From assembly GCA_034668785.1 (NCBI GenBank), contig JAXDOS010000150.1, forward strand, positions 1 through 57,993: 57,993 bases of DNA. Reading direction: 5' to 3'. This document shows, piece after piece, positions 9,467 through 17,055 of this stretch. Numbering within the stretch: position 1 is the stretch's first letter; every line of letters starts with the position of its first letter. Below the pieces are notes generated by a model. The model made no database searches, had not been told where the DNA came from, and was given only the letters and a program-made list of their open reading frames with translations. Source of the DNA: Alphaproteobacteria bacterium (lineage in GTDB: Bacteria; Pseudomonadota; Alphaproteobacteria; Rhizobiales; Xanthobacteraceae). Position numbers and translations under genes: made by a program.

Positions 9467-10317
9467 TTCTTCCCGCGATCCGCAGGAACGATGCGGCGCA
9501 GTGTATAGATGTCCGTGTCCGCAATTTCCCGTTTTAATACTTCGGCAAAAGGCCAGGGGTCCCACTGGGCGGCGATTAGACGACCGGTGATTCCGTCGCT
9601 TTCAGCGGACGCGAGATAGAGGCATAACTCGGCGCCCATATCGAGCGGAGTCCCGCCATCGGACTTGAGTTTCACCATGCGCTCATGGAGCGCCCTGCCA
9701 ACCTTTTCAGGACCGGCGGTGATCAATTGGTCCGTCAACCGCGTCGCGAGCGCGCCGGGCGCGATGGCATTGACGTCGATACCGTACTCCTTGAGCTCAA
9801 GCGCCAGCGTCTCAGTGAAGCGGACAATTGCCGCTTTAGAGGCCGCATACGCACTGATGCCGGGCAGGGGATTGGTTGCGCCGCCGCCCGACAGATTGAT
9901 GATTTTGCCATAGCGGCGCGGCTTAAACACCTCTACGGCCTTACGGCAGCAATAGACGGTCCCCGTAAGGTTGATGGCAATCGCCTTAACCCAATCGGCC
10001 CAATCGATTTGATCGATCGTGCCCATGGGTCCATAGATCCCCGCGTTGTTCACCACGATATCGAGATGTCCGAACTCGGCAACGGCGGCGGCAAACAATG
10101 CATCGACCTGGTGTTCGTCGGCGATATCGGCCACATGCGCACGAACCTGTGACGAGGGATAGGCGGCGGCCAGCCGAGCCCGTTGCGCTTCGAGTTCAGC
10201 CTGGCCGCGGGCGCAAATCATCACTGACGCTCCGGCCGCAGTGAACCGTTCCGCGATGACGGCGCCAAGACCGATGCTTGCGCCGGTGACGATTGCCGCC
10301 TTCCCATTCAGCTTCAT
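9451..10317 (-). CDS. classical short-chain dehydrogenase/reductase (SDR)
   Basis: The track ORF is trimmed to MKLNGKAAIVTGASIGLG. It has NNAG and the YAASKAA catalytic YxxxK. Its start overlaps the stop of the upstream dehydrogenase gene (10314..10317). Confidence 0.8.
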   Translation of the reverse strand: MKLNGKAAIVTGASIGLGAVIAERFTAAGASVMICARGQAELEAQRARLAAAYPSSQVRAHVADIADEHQVDALFAAAVAEFGHLDIVVNNAGIYGPMGTIDQIDWADWVKAIAINLTGTVYCCRKAVEVFKPRRYGKIINLSGGGATNPLPGISAYAASKAAIVRFTETLALELKEYGIDVNAIAPGALATRLTDQLITAGPEKVGRALHERMVKLKSDGGTPLDMGAELCLYLASAESDGITGRLIAAQWDPWPFAEVLKREIADTDIYTLRRIVPADRGKKWDKA

Positions 10318-11606
10318 GACATTCTTCCGACCGAAATCAACGACAAGCGCGGTTCGGCGGCAAATGCGCGATCGAGAAAGCGGCCAGGATCGAGAACGAT
10401 CCCGCCAGCCATGACATCGGCGATGTCTTTGGCTGCCAGCTTGCGAAACTCCGGCCATTCCGTCGCCACAACCAGTGCATCAGCACCTTGCGCTGCTGCC
10501 GTGCTGTTGGAAACAAGTGTCACGGCGCTGCGCAAATCGTCCGGCAAAGTTGTGACTTTCGGATCAAACGCGCGCACATGGGCTCCCGCGCCGACGAGCT
10601 CGCGAATAAGTTCGATGGAAAGCGAACGACGTAGTGTATTCGTCCCTGGCTTATAAGCGAGACCCAATACCCCAATAGTGCGGCCAGACAGGGGTTGCAG
10701 CATACGGCGTAGGTGCGCCAGCGCCCATTGACCGTGGGCCCGATTGCTGGCCAACACGCCGTTAATGACGGGCGTTGTGAGGCCACGGTCTTCTGCGAGA
10801 CTACGAAGGAAGTTGACGTCGCGTGCCAGGGTGCCGCCGGCAAACGCCGGACCAGGACGGATATAGGCATTTGGCCCCACCCTTGGGTCGCTGCGCAGCC
10901 CGGCTTCGACCTCGGCTGCATCTGCGCCCACCTGCTCACAAATCGTCGCAATCTCATTGGAAAAGGTAACAGAGACTGCCAAGAACGCATTCAGCGCGTG
11001 CTTCACCATTTCTGCGGATTCCACGGAAGTCCAGATCAGGTTGTTGCAAAAACGGCCGAGCAGACTACTGAGTGCCGGCCGCGCCTTCTCGTTTCGGATT
11101 CCGATGACGACCCGGCCGGGATCGCGAAAAACCTCAATGGCCCGGCCCAAGCGTAAATTCTCTGGCGAACAGGCAAACTCTACACGGCGTCCCCTTGCCT
11201 TCTGCGCGAACGTGCGCTCAAGGGCACCGATCGAACCTGCGGGAAGCTGAGCCGAAACCAGTACGATGGCGCCGTCACGCAAATGCTCAAAAACCGCTTC
11301 AACACGGTTTGTGACAGCAGCGACGTCAGCCTGATCGTCGTCGTCCACCGGCGTATCGTGACATACCCATATTATGTCAGCATCGCCCACGGCCCTGACG
11401 TCGGTGGTGAAGGCGAGGTTGCCGCTATCGAGGCCCGATCGGATTAACTCGGCCAGGCCGGGCTCAAATAATGGTGGTTCACCGCGCGACAAATCGGCAA
11501 TCCGGTCCGCGTTGTCGTCGATGCCGACCGTAACGACGCCGGCCGCCGCGGTGCAGGCGGCCGTCACCGTTCCGAGATGCCACAGGCCCAGGACTGCTAC
11601 CTTCAT
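10314..11606 (-). CDS. UDP-glucose/GDP-mannose 6-dehydrogenase family nucleotide-sugar dehydrogenase
   Basis: 430 aa. It has MKVAVLGLWHLGTVTAAC (N-terminal Rossmann motif), a central dimerisation helix region, and a C-terminal GLAYKPGTNTLRRS motif typical of the family. Confidence 0.85.
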   Translation of the reverse strand: MKVAVLGLWHLGTVTAACTAAAGVVTVGIDDNADRIADLSRGEPPLFEPGLAELIRSGLDSGNLAFTTDVRAVGDADIIWVCHDTPVDDDDQADVAAVTNRVEAVFEHLRDGAIVLVSAQLPAGSIGALERTFAQKARGRRVEFACSPENLRLGRAIEVFRDPGRVVIGIRNEKARPALSSLLGRFCNNLIWTSVESAEMVKHALNAFLAVSVTFSNEIATICEQVGADAAEVEAGLRSDPRVGPNAYIRPGPAFAGGTLARDVNFLRSLAEDRGLTTPVINGVLASNRAHGQWALAHLRRMLQPLSGRTIGVLGLAYKPGTNTLRRSLSIELIRELVGAGAHVRAFDPKVTTLPDDLRSAVTLVSNSTAAAQGADALVVATEWPEFRKLAAKDIADVMAGGIVLDPGRFLDRAFAAEPRLSLISVGRMS

Positions 11607-12559
11607 GCGCGCTGCTCGAAGATCCAGGGATTGGCGGTAAGCCAGTCGATAGTGCGCAGCAAGCTTTCCCTGATAGTCAGACGCGGTTTCCAGCCGAGCC
11701 CATGGATACGTTTTGTATCCAGAAAAATGAGCGGACTGTCCCCGATCCAGCCCCGCTCACCGCCGGAATAGGTCAATTGCGGGTTCACCCCCAGATGCTT
11801 CGTCATGCAGGCGATTGAGTCGTTCACCTCGATATACTCGTCATTGCCGAGATTCAGGATATTGACCTTGCCCTGCGGTGCCTCGATTGCCATCAACATC
11901 GCGTCGATGCAGTCCTGCACGTACATATATGATTTTTGCTGATGCCCATCGCCGAGCACGTGCAGTGTGCTGGGGTCGTCGCGCAGCCTTCGGTAAAAGT
12001 CAAAAACGTGGCCGTGCGTGTAGCGTTCGCCGAGGACCGAAACAAATCGGAAAATGAATGACTGGAATCCAAACCCTTCGCTGTAGGCCTGGAGGAGCCC
12101 TTCACCCGCCAGCTTGGAGGCGCCGTAAAGGGAGGTCTGCACTGGAAACGGCGCGTCTTCCGGCGTTGGAAAAACCTTAGGCTCGCCGTAGATCGACCCG
12201 GTCGAGGAAAAGGCGATTCGCTTCACTTGGTTGGCGCGCATCGCCTCCAGCACGTTGAAAGTCGCAATCGTATTCTGTTCGAGGTCGCGACGCGGGTGCT
12301 CGGTGCCGAAACGCACGTCGGCATTGGCAGCCAAGTGAAATACGAAATCGGCGCCTTGCAACGCTCGCGTCAGACTTTCGCTGTCGAGAACGTCGCCTTC
12401 AATGAGACGGAACTTTGGATTTGCCAAAGCGGATTCCAGGAAGCGAAGCACACCTGTCGACAGGTTGTCATAGCCAATCACACTTTCGCCACGCGTCAGT
12501 AGGCGATCGACGAGATTGCTTCCAATGAAGCCTGCCGCACCTGTGACGACATAAGTCAT
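11603..12559 (-). CDS. NAD-dependent epimerase/dehydratase (extended SDR)
   Basis: 318 aa. It has VVTGAAGFIGSNLVDRLL and YGASKLAGE (YxxxK). Its stop overlaps the start of the downstream dehydrogenase gene. Confidence 0.85.
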   Translation of the reverse strand: MTYVVTGAAGFIGSNLVDRLLTRGESVIGYDNLSTGVLRFLESALANPKFRLIEGDVLDSESLTRALQGADFVFHLAANADVRFGTEHPRRDLEQNTIATFNVLEAMRANQVKRIAFSSTGSIYGEPKVFPTPEDAPFPVQTSLYGASKLAGEGLLQAYSEGFGFQSFIFRFVSVLGERYTHGHVFDFYRRLRDDPSTLHVLGDGHQQKSYMYVQDCIDAMLMAIEAPQGKVNILNLGNDEYIEVNDSIACMTKHLGVNPQLTYSGGERGWIGDSPLIFLDTKRIHGLGWKPRLTIRESLLRTIDWLTANPWIFEQRA

Positions 12560-12616
12560 TCGTAACGAATCCTTTGATTCTAAATCGACCGAAGTTTGGT
12601 TACACGACCGAGCGGG

Positions 12617-13663
12617 TTAGATACACGGCGGTGAGTCCTTCGGCGGCGGTTCTACCTCTCGTACCGCCGGTTCGGTGCGGCGGGGCTGCCAGTTTCCCAG
12701 CAGGAACACGCCATTGATGGCTCCGGCGGCGACCAAGATAATGCCCCACTCGGCCGAGACAGCAAGCGCCTCGTTCATGGTCAGGCCCCCCGTCGTGCCG
12801 AGCGTCGCCGCCATGGCGAGCTCGCGACCACCCCATCCCATGTAGAGGAAAGGAAAGCTGTTGATCAATTGCAAGAGCGGAATGAAGGCGGCGACAAGCC
12901 ACAGATTTGTATCGAGCCCGGTGGCCAGCAACAACAAATAAAGCGTCGCCCAGGCAGAGAATAAGTTCAGGATGCCGATCAACATCTGGATCGTCGATGG
13001 CCACAAGCGCAAGAGGGATTGGTAGTTCGTGAATAGTCGGGCTAATCTGGTGAAAAGATCAAACGGCACCAAGAGGAGAATTCGAGGAACCGCAAGCAAA
13101 CAGGCAACCGCCGCGAGCAAGCCGCCGAACAAGGCGGCCTGCGGGACGATGATGTCGCCTCCAACTCCGGCGGACGCTTGTATTGGCAGTGCGGCGAGGC
13201 CAAAGATGCTTATCCATTGCACGCCCACCACGCGATCAAACAGCGTGTAACGCGTCGCATTGGTGATAGAGAGGTTTCCGAACAAGCGCAAAGCGGCGAT
13301 TTTGGCCACATCGCCAGTGAGACCGATGGGCGCGGCCGACGCAATGAAGCCTGAGCTGCAGGTCATCTTGAAAATCAATTTCCAGCTCGGCACAGCCGAC
13401 GGCAACTTGCCGCTTACCCGGCGGATGACCTGATGAAGCCGGAACGAATTGATGGGATATTGCATCCAAGGCGCGAGCAGCGCTAACGGCAGCCATCGAG
13501 AGTCCAACTTCTCCCAGACAGCGACCATCGCTTGCCAATCGAGCCGACGGTACATGATGGCCAAGCCAGCAGCAATGATCAGGCCACTTATTATCACCGA
13601 GAGTGCCTGGTATGGCAGGCGCGCGCGTCGCTGCCGAGATGCTTGCGCATCGGTTCGTTGCAT
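12617..13663 (-). CDS. UPF0104 / LPG-synthase-TM family integral membrane protein (second copy)
   Basis: The track ORF 12617..13861 is trimmed to the ATG at 13663..13661 (MQRTDAQASRQ...). That ATG overlaps the TGA of the upstream GT2 fusion by 1 nt. The protein is multi-TM with an INSFRLHQVIRR loop analogous to that in the 3574..4632 protein. Confidence 0.6.
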   Translation of the reverse strand: MQRTDAQASRQRRARLPYQALSVIISGLIIAAGLAIMYRRLDWQAMVAVWEKLDSRWLPLALLAPWMQYPINSFRLHQVIRRVSGKLPSAVPSWKLIFKMTCSSGFIASAAPIGLTGDVAKIAALRLFGNLSITNATRYTLFDRVVGVQWISIFGLAALPIQASAGVGGDIIVPQAALFGGLLAAVACLLAVPRILLLVPFDLFTRLARLFTNYQSLLRLWPSTIQMLIGILNLFSAWATLYLLLLATGLDTNLWLVAAFIPLLQLINSFPFLYMGWGGRELAMAATLGTTGGLTMNEALAVSAEWGIILVAAGAINGVFLLGNWQPRRTEPAVREVEPPPKDSPPCI

Positions 13664-15225
13664 CAGGCCCGTCCGGTCCCGATCGCCGAGAAGCGCAACT
13701 TCAGGATGGTCCAGACCCAGGTGAGGCCGTCCTTGCTCACACTGACTTTCTTTCCTTCCGCAAAGGAACGCGCCACATAATTGACCGGCAACTCCACCGG
13801 AACATATCCCTTGCGCACCAGCTTCATAACCAGCTCGATGTCGAGATCGAACCGATTGCACACCAGCTCGAGCCCGAACAGCGCGTCGCGGCGGAACACC
13901 TTGAACATTGTGAAGGGGTCACTCATACGCGTCCGCAATAAGAAGTTGATGAGCGACTTGAAGAACCAATGCCCCAAATTGAACATCGCAGCAGTCAGCG
14001 GAGCATCGTTGAATTTCCTCATCTTCCAGCCGCCCTGATGGCGCGAGCCGAGGATGAACATCGATTGCCAGGATACAATGGGCATCAGCAGGCCATCATA
14101 GTCGTCCAGGTCGTATTCGAGGTCGGCATCCTGGATCATGAGGATGTCGCCGGTGGCGACCTTGAGCCCCTCGCGCACGGCGTTGCCTTTGCCTTGAGGT
14201 TTTGCTTGCAGCACTATTCGCACATCCGGATAGCCGGCATAGCGCTGCACGATCTCCCTGCTGCCATCGGTTGAATTGCTCTCGACGACGACGATCTCCT
14301 TGCGCATGCCAGGCAGTTGCTTGGCAAGAAGAGCATCCATCATGACCTGAAACGTTGTCGCCTCATTGTAGACCGGAACGATAATCGACACGACGTTTTC
14401 GGGCCGCTTCGACTTGGCATGCGCCGTCACAATCGATGTTCCGGAGGGCAGCGGAAATTCACGGCTGCGGACATTTCGAGGGGACATCAGATGCAGCGTC
14501 TTGGCGGCCCCAAGCCACAACGACTCCTTACCGAGTTCCGACCGCTCCACCAGATTGTCGAGGGAATAACGGCGCCGCTCAGCCTGAAACCAGACGTGCT
14601 CGAATCCGGCGGACAGCAGAAAAAGGCTTAAGGTTTCCCGGGTGAAGTACCAGAGATTCGAAGATTGCCACTCATGCCAATTGCGGCCCATCAGACGCGC
14701 CTGCGTGCCATCGAGCAACGGCATGCTTAAGATGAGTGGGGCTTGCTCTGTTAGGTGACGGCGAATCTTCAGCAGTGCCGCCTGCGGATCCGAGACTTGC
14801 ATCAACGTTTCCGACACGATGGCGCCGTTGAACGTCCCACCCCAATCGGCCGGCCCGAAGTCGTCGTGGCCTACAATCCGGCCGATCGCGGTACCCCTTC
14901 GCTCCACCAACGGAATGATGCTGTTAGCGGATTCTGCAATGACGAGAACAGGACCGCTAAATGTCGTGGCTTTGAGAGCAGCCGCCAAATTCGTATGCTG
15001 TCCCTCGCTGCGAGCAGGCTTGCGGCCGGCCTCGGCAATGCCGGAGCCGATCTCGGTTGCGGCGAGACCCCGCCGCTTGCTGAATGTCAGCGCGCACCCG
15101 CCGCATTGATAGATACGAAATTGAGGGTTCCCAAAGACATAAGCTGCGTGGGTGCTCAAGCACAGTGGGCAGGAGAACTCGATCGGTTGGGCTGCCTGCG
15201 GTACCAATCGTAGCGGTTGGCTCAT
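13663..15225 (-). CDS. zinc-ribbon + methyltransferase-fold (degenerate SAM motif) + family-2 glycosyltransferase (DPM1/GtrB-like) fusion
   Basis: 520 aa. The N-terminus has CPLC...CGGC. The MT-fold segment has VLVIAESAN where GxGxG is expected, followed by IVSETLMQVSDP...LILSMP. The C-terminal GT2 has VSIIVPVYNE, VVESNSTDGS and MIQDADLEYD. Confidence 0.75.
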   Translation of the reverse strand: MSQPLRLVPQAAQPIEFSCPLCLSTHAAYVFGNPQFRIYQCGGCALTFSKRRGLAATEIGSGIAEAGRKPARSEGQHTNLAAALKATTFSGPVLVIAESANSIIPLVERRGTAIGRIVGHDDFGPADWGGTFNGAIVSETLMQVSDPQAALLKIRRHLTEQAPLILSMPLLDGTQARLMGRNWHEWQSSNLWYFTRETLSLFLLSAGFEHVWFQAERRRYSLDNLVERSELGKESLWLGAAKTLHLMSPRNVRSREFPLPSGTSIVTAHAKSKRPENVVSIIVPVYNEATTFQVMMDALLAKQLPGMRKEIVVVESNSTDGSREIVQRYAGYPDVRIVLQAKPQGKGNAVREGLKVATGDILMIQDADLEYDLDDYDGLLMPIVSWQSMFILGSRHQGGWKMRKFNDAPLTAAMFNLGHWFFKSLINFLLRTRMSDPFTMFKVFRRDALFGLELVCNRFDLDIELVMKLVRKGYVPVELPVNYVARSFAEGKKVSVSKDGLTWVWTILKLRFSAIGTGRA

Positions 15226-15290
15226 CTTGCACCGTTGCTCCCGCCCTCAGACTAAGACGCCGTTATGTCTGAATGTCTGTCGTCGGCAAG

Positions 15291-16157
15291 TCAATTCGGC
15301 TTCCGGGCATAGGCCACGAATTCGCCGATATTTACGGCGATCGGCTTGCGGCGCAGAGGCGACGGCACAAGCCACCGAAGCGCTTGATAACCCCGTTGCA
15401 AGAATGGGTTCGTCGCGGCGAGCTGATCGCTCAAATAATCCAGTGTCAGGAATTTGTGGGCGGTTTCCACTTTCACGTCGACGAAGCCGCAGCGTTTCAA
15501 TAGGTCCTCAATAGCCCGCCGCGAGAACAAAACGGTGTGCTGCATTGGTTGAAGCATCGGCCATTTCGATCTCATCAAGTAGCGCAAAAAATGGCCGGTG
15601 TCGGGCGTGCTTAATGCGAGCACCCCTCCGGGTACGAGGGCGTTGCGGATATCTTCCACGAACTTCACCGGATCCTGCACGTGCTCGATGATGTCAAACG
15701 CCGTTACGACATCGAACTTTGCTACATCCTGTCCAAGCAACGTATTTACGTCCCCGCAGGTGATTCTTTCTCGAATGTCAGGACGAGCCAACGAAATGGC
15801 AACGGTTGAAAATTCAACGCCGCTGGCCTCATAACCCTGCTCGACGGCGGCTTCGAGAAAGAATCCGGTGGCGCATCCGACATCGAGCAGCCGCTTGCCG
15901 GGAGCGAGCGTCTTGATCGCAGCAAGCCGCGGCAGGGCGGTAGCAATCTTCAGATCCCGAGACTTGGCATATTCTTTATAGACGCCCGCCGAATATTCCG
16001 TCTCAGCATATTGGCTCATGTCAGTCACAGCGGGCATCTTGGATTGGAAGATCGTGCCTGACGTGGGCTCAATATAATATTCTGCCCCACCCTTGCTACA
16101 ATAGAACTGAGCGGGACGGCCGTTTGTCGGCGCCAATACGGCTTTCGCGGAGATCAT
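15291..16157 (-). CDS. class I SAM-dependent methyltransferase
   Basis: 288 aa. It has RLLDVGCATGFFLE, DVVTAFDIIEHVQDP and LVPGGVLALSTPD. Its start overlaps the stop of the upstream SDR (16154..16157). Confidence 0.8.
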   Translation of the reverse strand: MISAKAVLAPTNGRPAQFYCSKGGAEYYIEPTSGTIFQSKMPAVTDMSQYAETEYSAGVYKEYAKSRDLKIATALPRLAAIKTLAPGKRLLDVGCATGFFLEAAVEQGYEASGVEFSTVAISLARPDIRERITCGDVNTLLGQDVAKFDVVTAFDIIEHVQDPVKFVEDIRNALVPGGVLALSTPDTGHFLRYLMRSKWPMLQPMQHTVLFSRRAIEDLLKRCGFVDVKVETAHKFLTLDYLSDQLAATNPFLQRGYQALRWLVPSPLRRKPIAVNIGEFVAYARKPN

Positions 16158-16978
16158 TGCTTGTCTCTGTTCCGGTACAAATCTTCTATACGTGCACGCA
16201 ATAGCCGATCCATGGGACCTTGTACAAGAGGACCAAATGCGTGAAGCGCCCAGGCCAGAAGTCCATAATATCGGGGCACGAAACGGACCGCTTTATTGTG
16301 TAAGATCGTATCAATTATGGCCTGCACGACTTCCTCAATTGGAATTGTCAATTCCGTTTCCTTCCGATGCGCGCGCATCCGGAAAGTTTCGTGATCGAAG
16401 AAGCTGGTTTCCACCCGGCCAGGGCAGACGACGTGAACATTCACACCGAAGCGCGCTAGCTCGATTGCAATGCACTTCGACCACGCCATCATCCCGTGCT
16501 TGGCGCCGCCATACACCGCATTCGGCGTGATCGTCATGGCCCCGGCGATCGAAGCAATGTTAACAATGTGACCACTACCCCGCTTAATCATTCCTTGGAG
16601 AAACGCTTTGGTGACGCGCAACGCGCCGCCGAAATTTACGTTGTACAGGCGTTCCATCTCGTCGGGGAATTCCTGCTCGAAAGTTAGGTAGGTCGCGAAC
16701 CCGGCATTATTAACTAGAATATCAGGCGGGCCGTAGTCGGCGATCACCTGCCGGCTTGCCGCTGCGACGTCCGCAGGCACTCCAATGTCGCAAACATAGG
16801 CGCCGAAGCGAGGGTTCCGCCCCCCGAATTGCTTGGCGACGTCTTCCAGGCGCTCGACCTGATCGGCAAGGACAACGACTTTCGCTTCACGGCGAAAAAG
16901 CTCCTGCGCAAGCGCCAGCCCGATGCCTGAAGTGCCGCCGGTGATTACAACGAGTTTATTTGAGAAATACTCTTCAAT
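16154..16978 (-). CDS. classical SDR oxidoreductase; the 5' end is uncertain (no canonical start codon upstream of the Rossmann motif)
   Basis: The track ORF starts at GTG 16780. The open frame continues upstream and encodes IEEYFSNKLVVITGGTSGIGLALAQ, an intact TGxxxGxG motif. The in-frame stop is at about 17003..17005. The only plausible initiator is ATT at 16978..16976, 5 nt after GGAGGTG. NNAG and YGGAKHG are present downstream. Confidence 0.7.
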   Translation of the reverse strand: MEEYFSNKLVVITGGTSGIGLALAQELFRREAKVVVLADQVERLEDVAKQFGGRNPRFGAYVCDIGVPADVAAASRQVIADYGPPDILVNNAGFATYLTFEQEFPDEMERLYNVNFGGALRVTKAFLQGMIKRGSGHIVNIASIAGAMTITPNAVYGGAKHGMMAWSKCIAIELARFGVNVHVVCPGRVETSFFDHETFRMRAHRKETELTIPIEEVVQAIIDTILHNKAVRFVPRYYGLLAWALHAFGPLVQGPMDRLLRARIEDLYRNRDKQ

Positions 16979-17055
16979 ATTACACCTCCACGGGAGTTGT
17001 TTGCAATTTTCTTTGGAAATGGGGAGTTAGCATCTAGACACAATTGGTAATACCG

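Noticed and set aside
12600-13004. 134-aa minus-strand ORF overlapping the 3' part of the second UPF0104 gene in another frame
   Set aside because: It is an alternative-frame shadow rich in Arg/His/Gly. The 12617..13663 frame gives coherent transmembrane segments.
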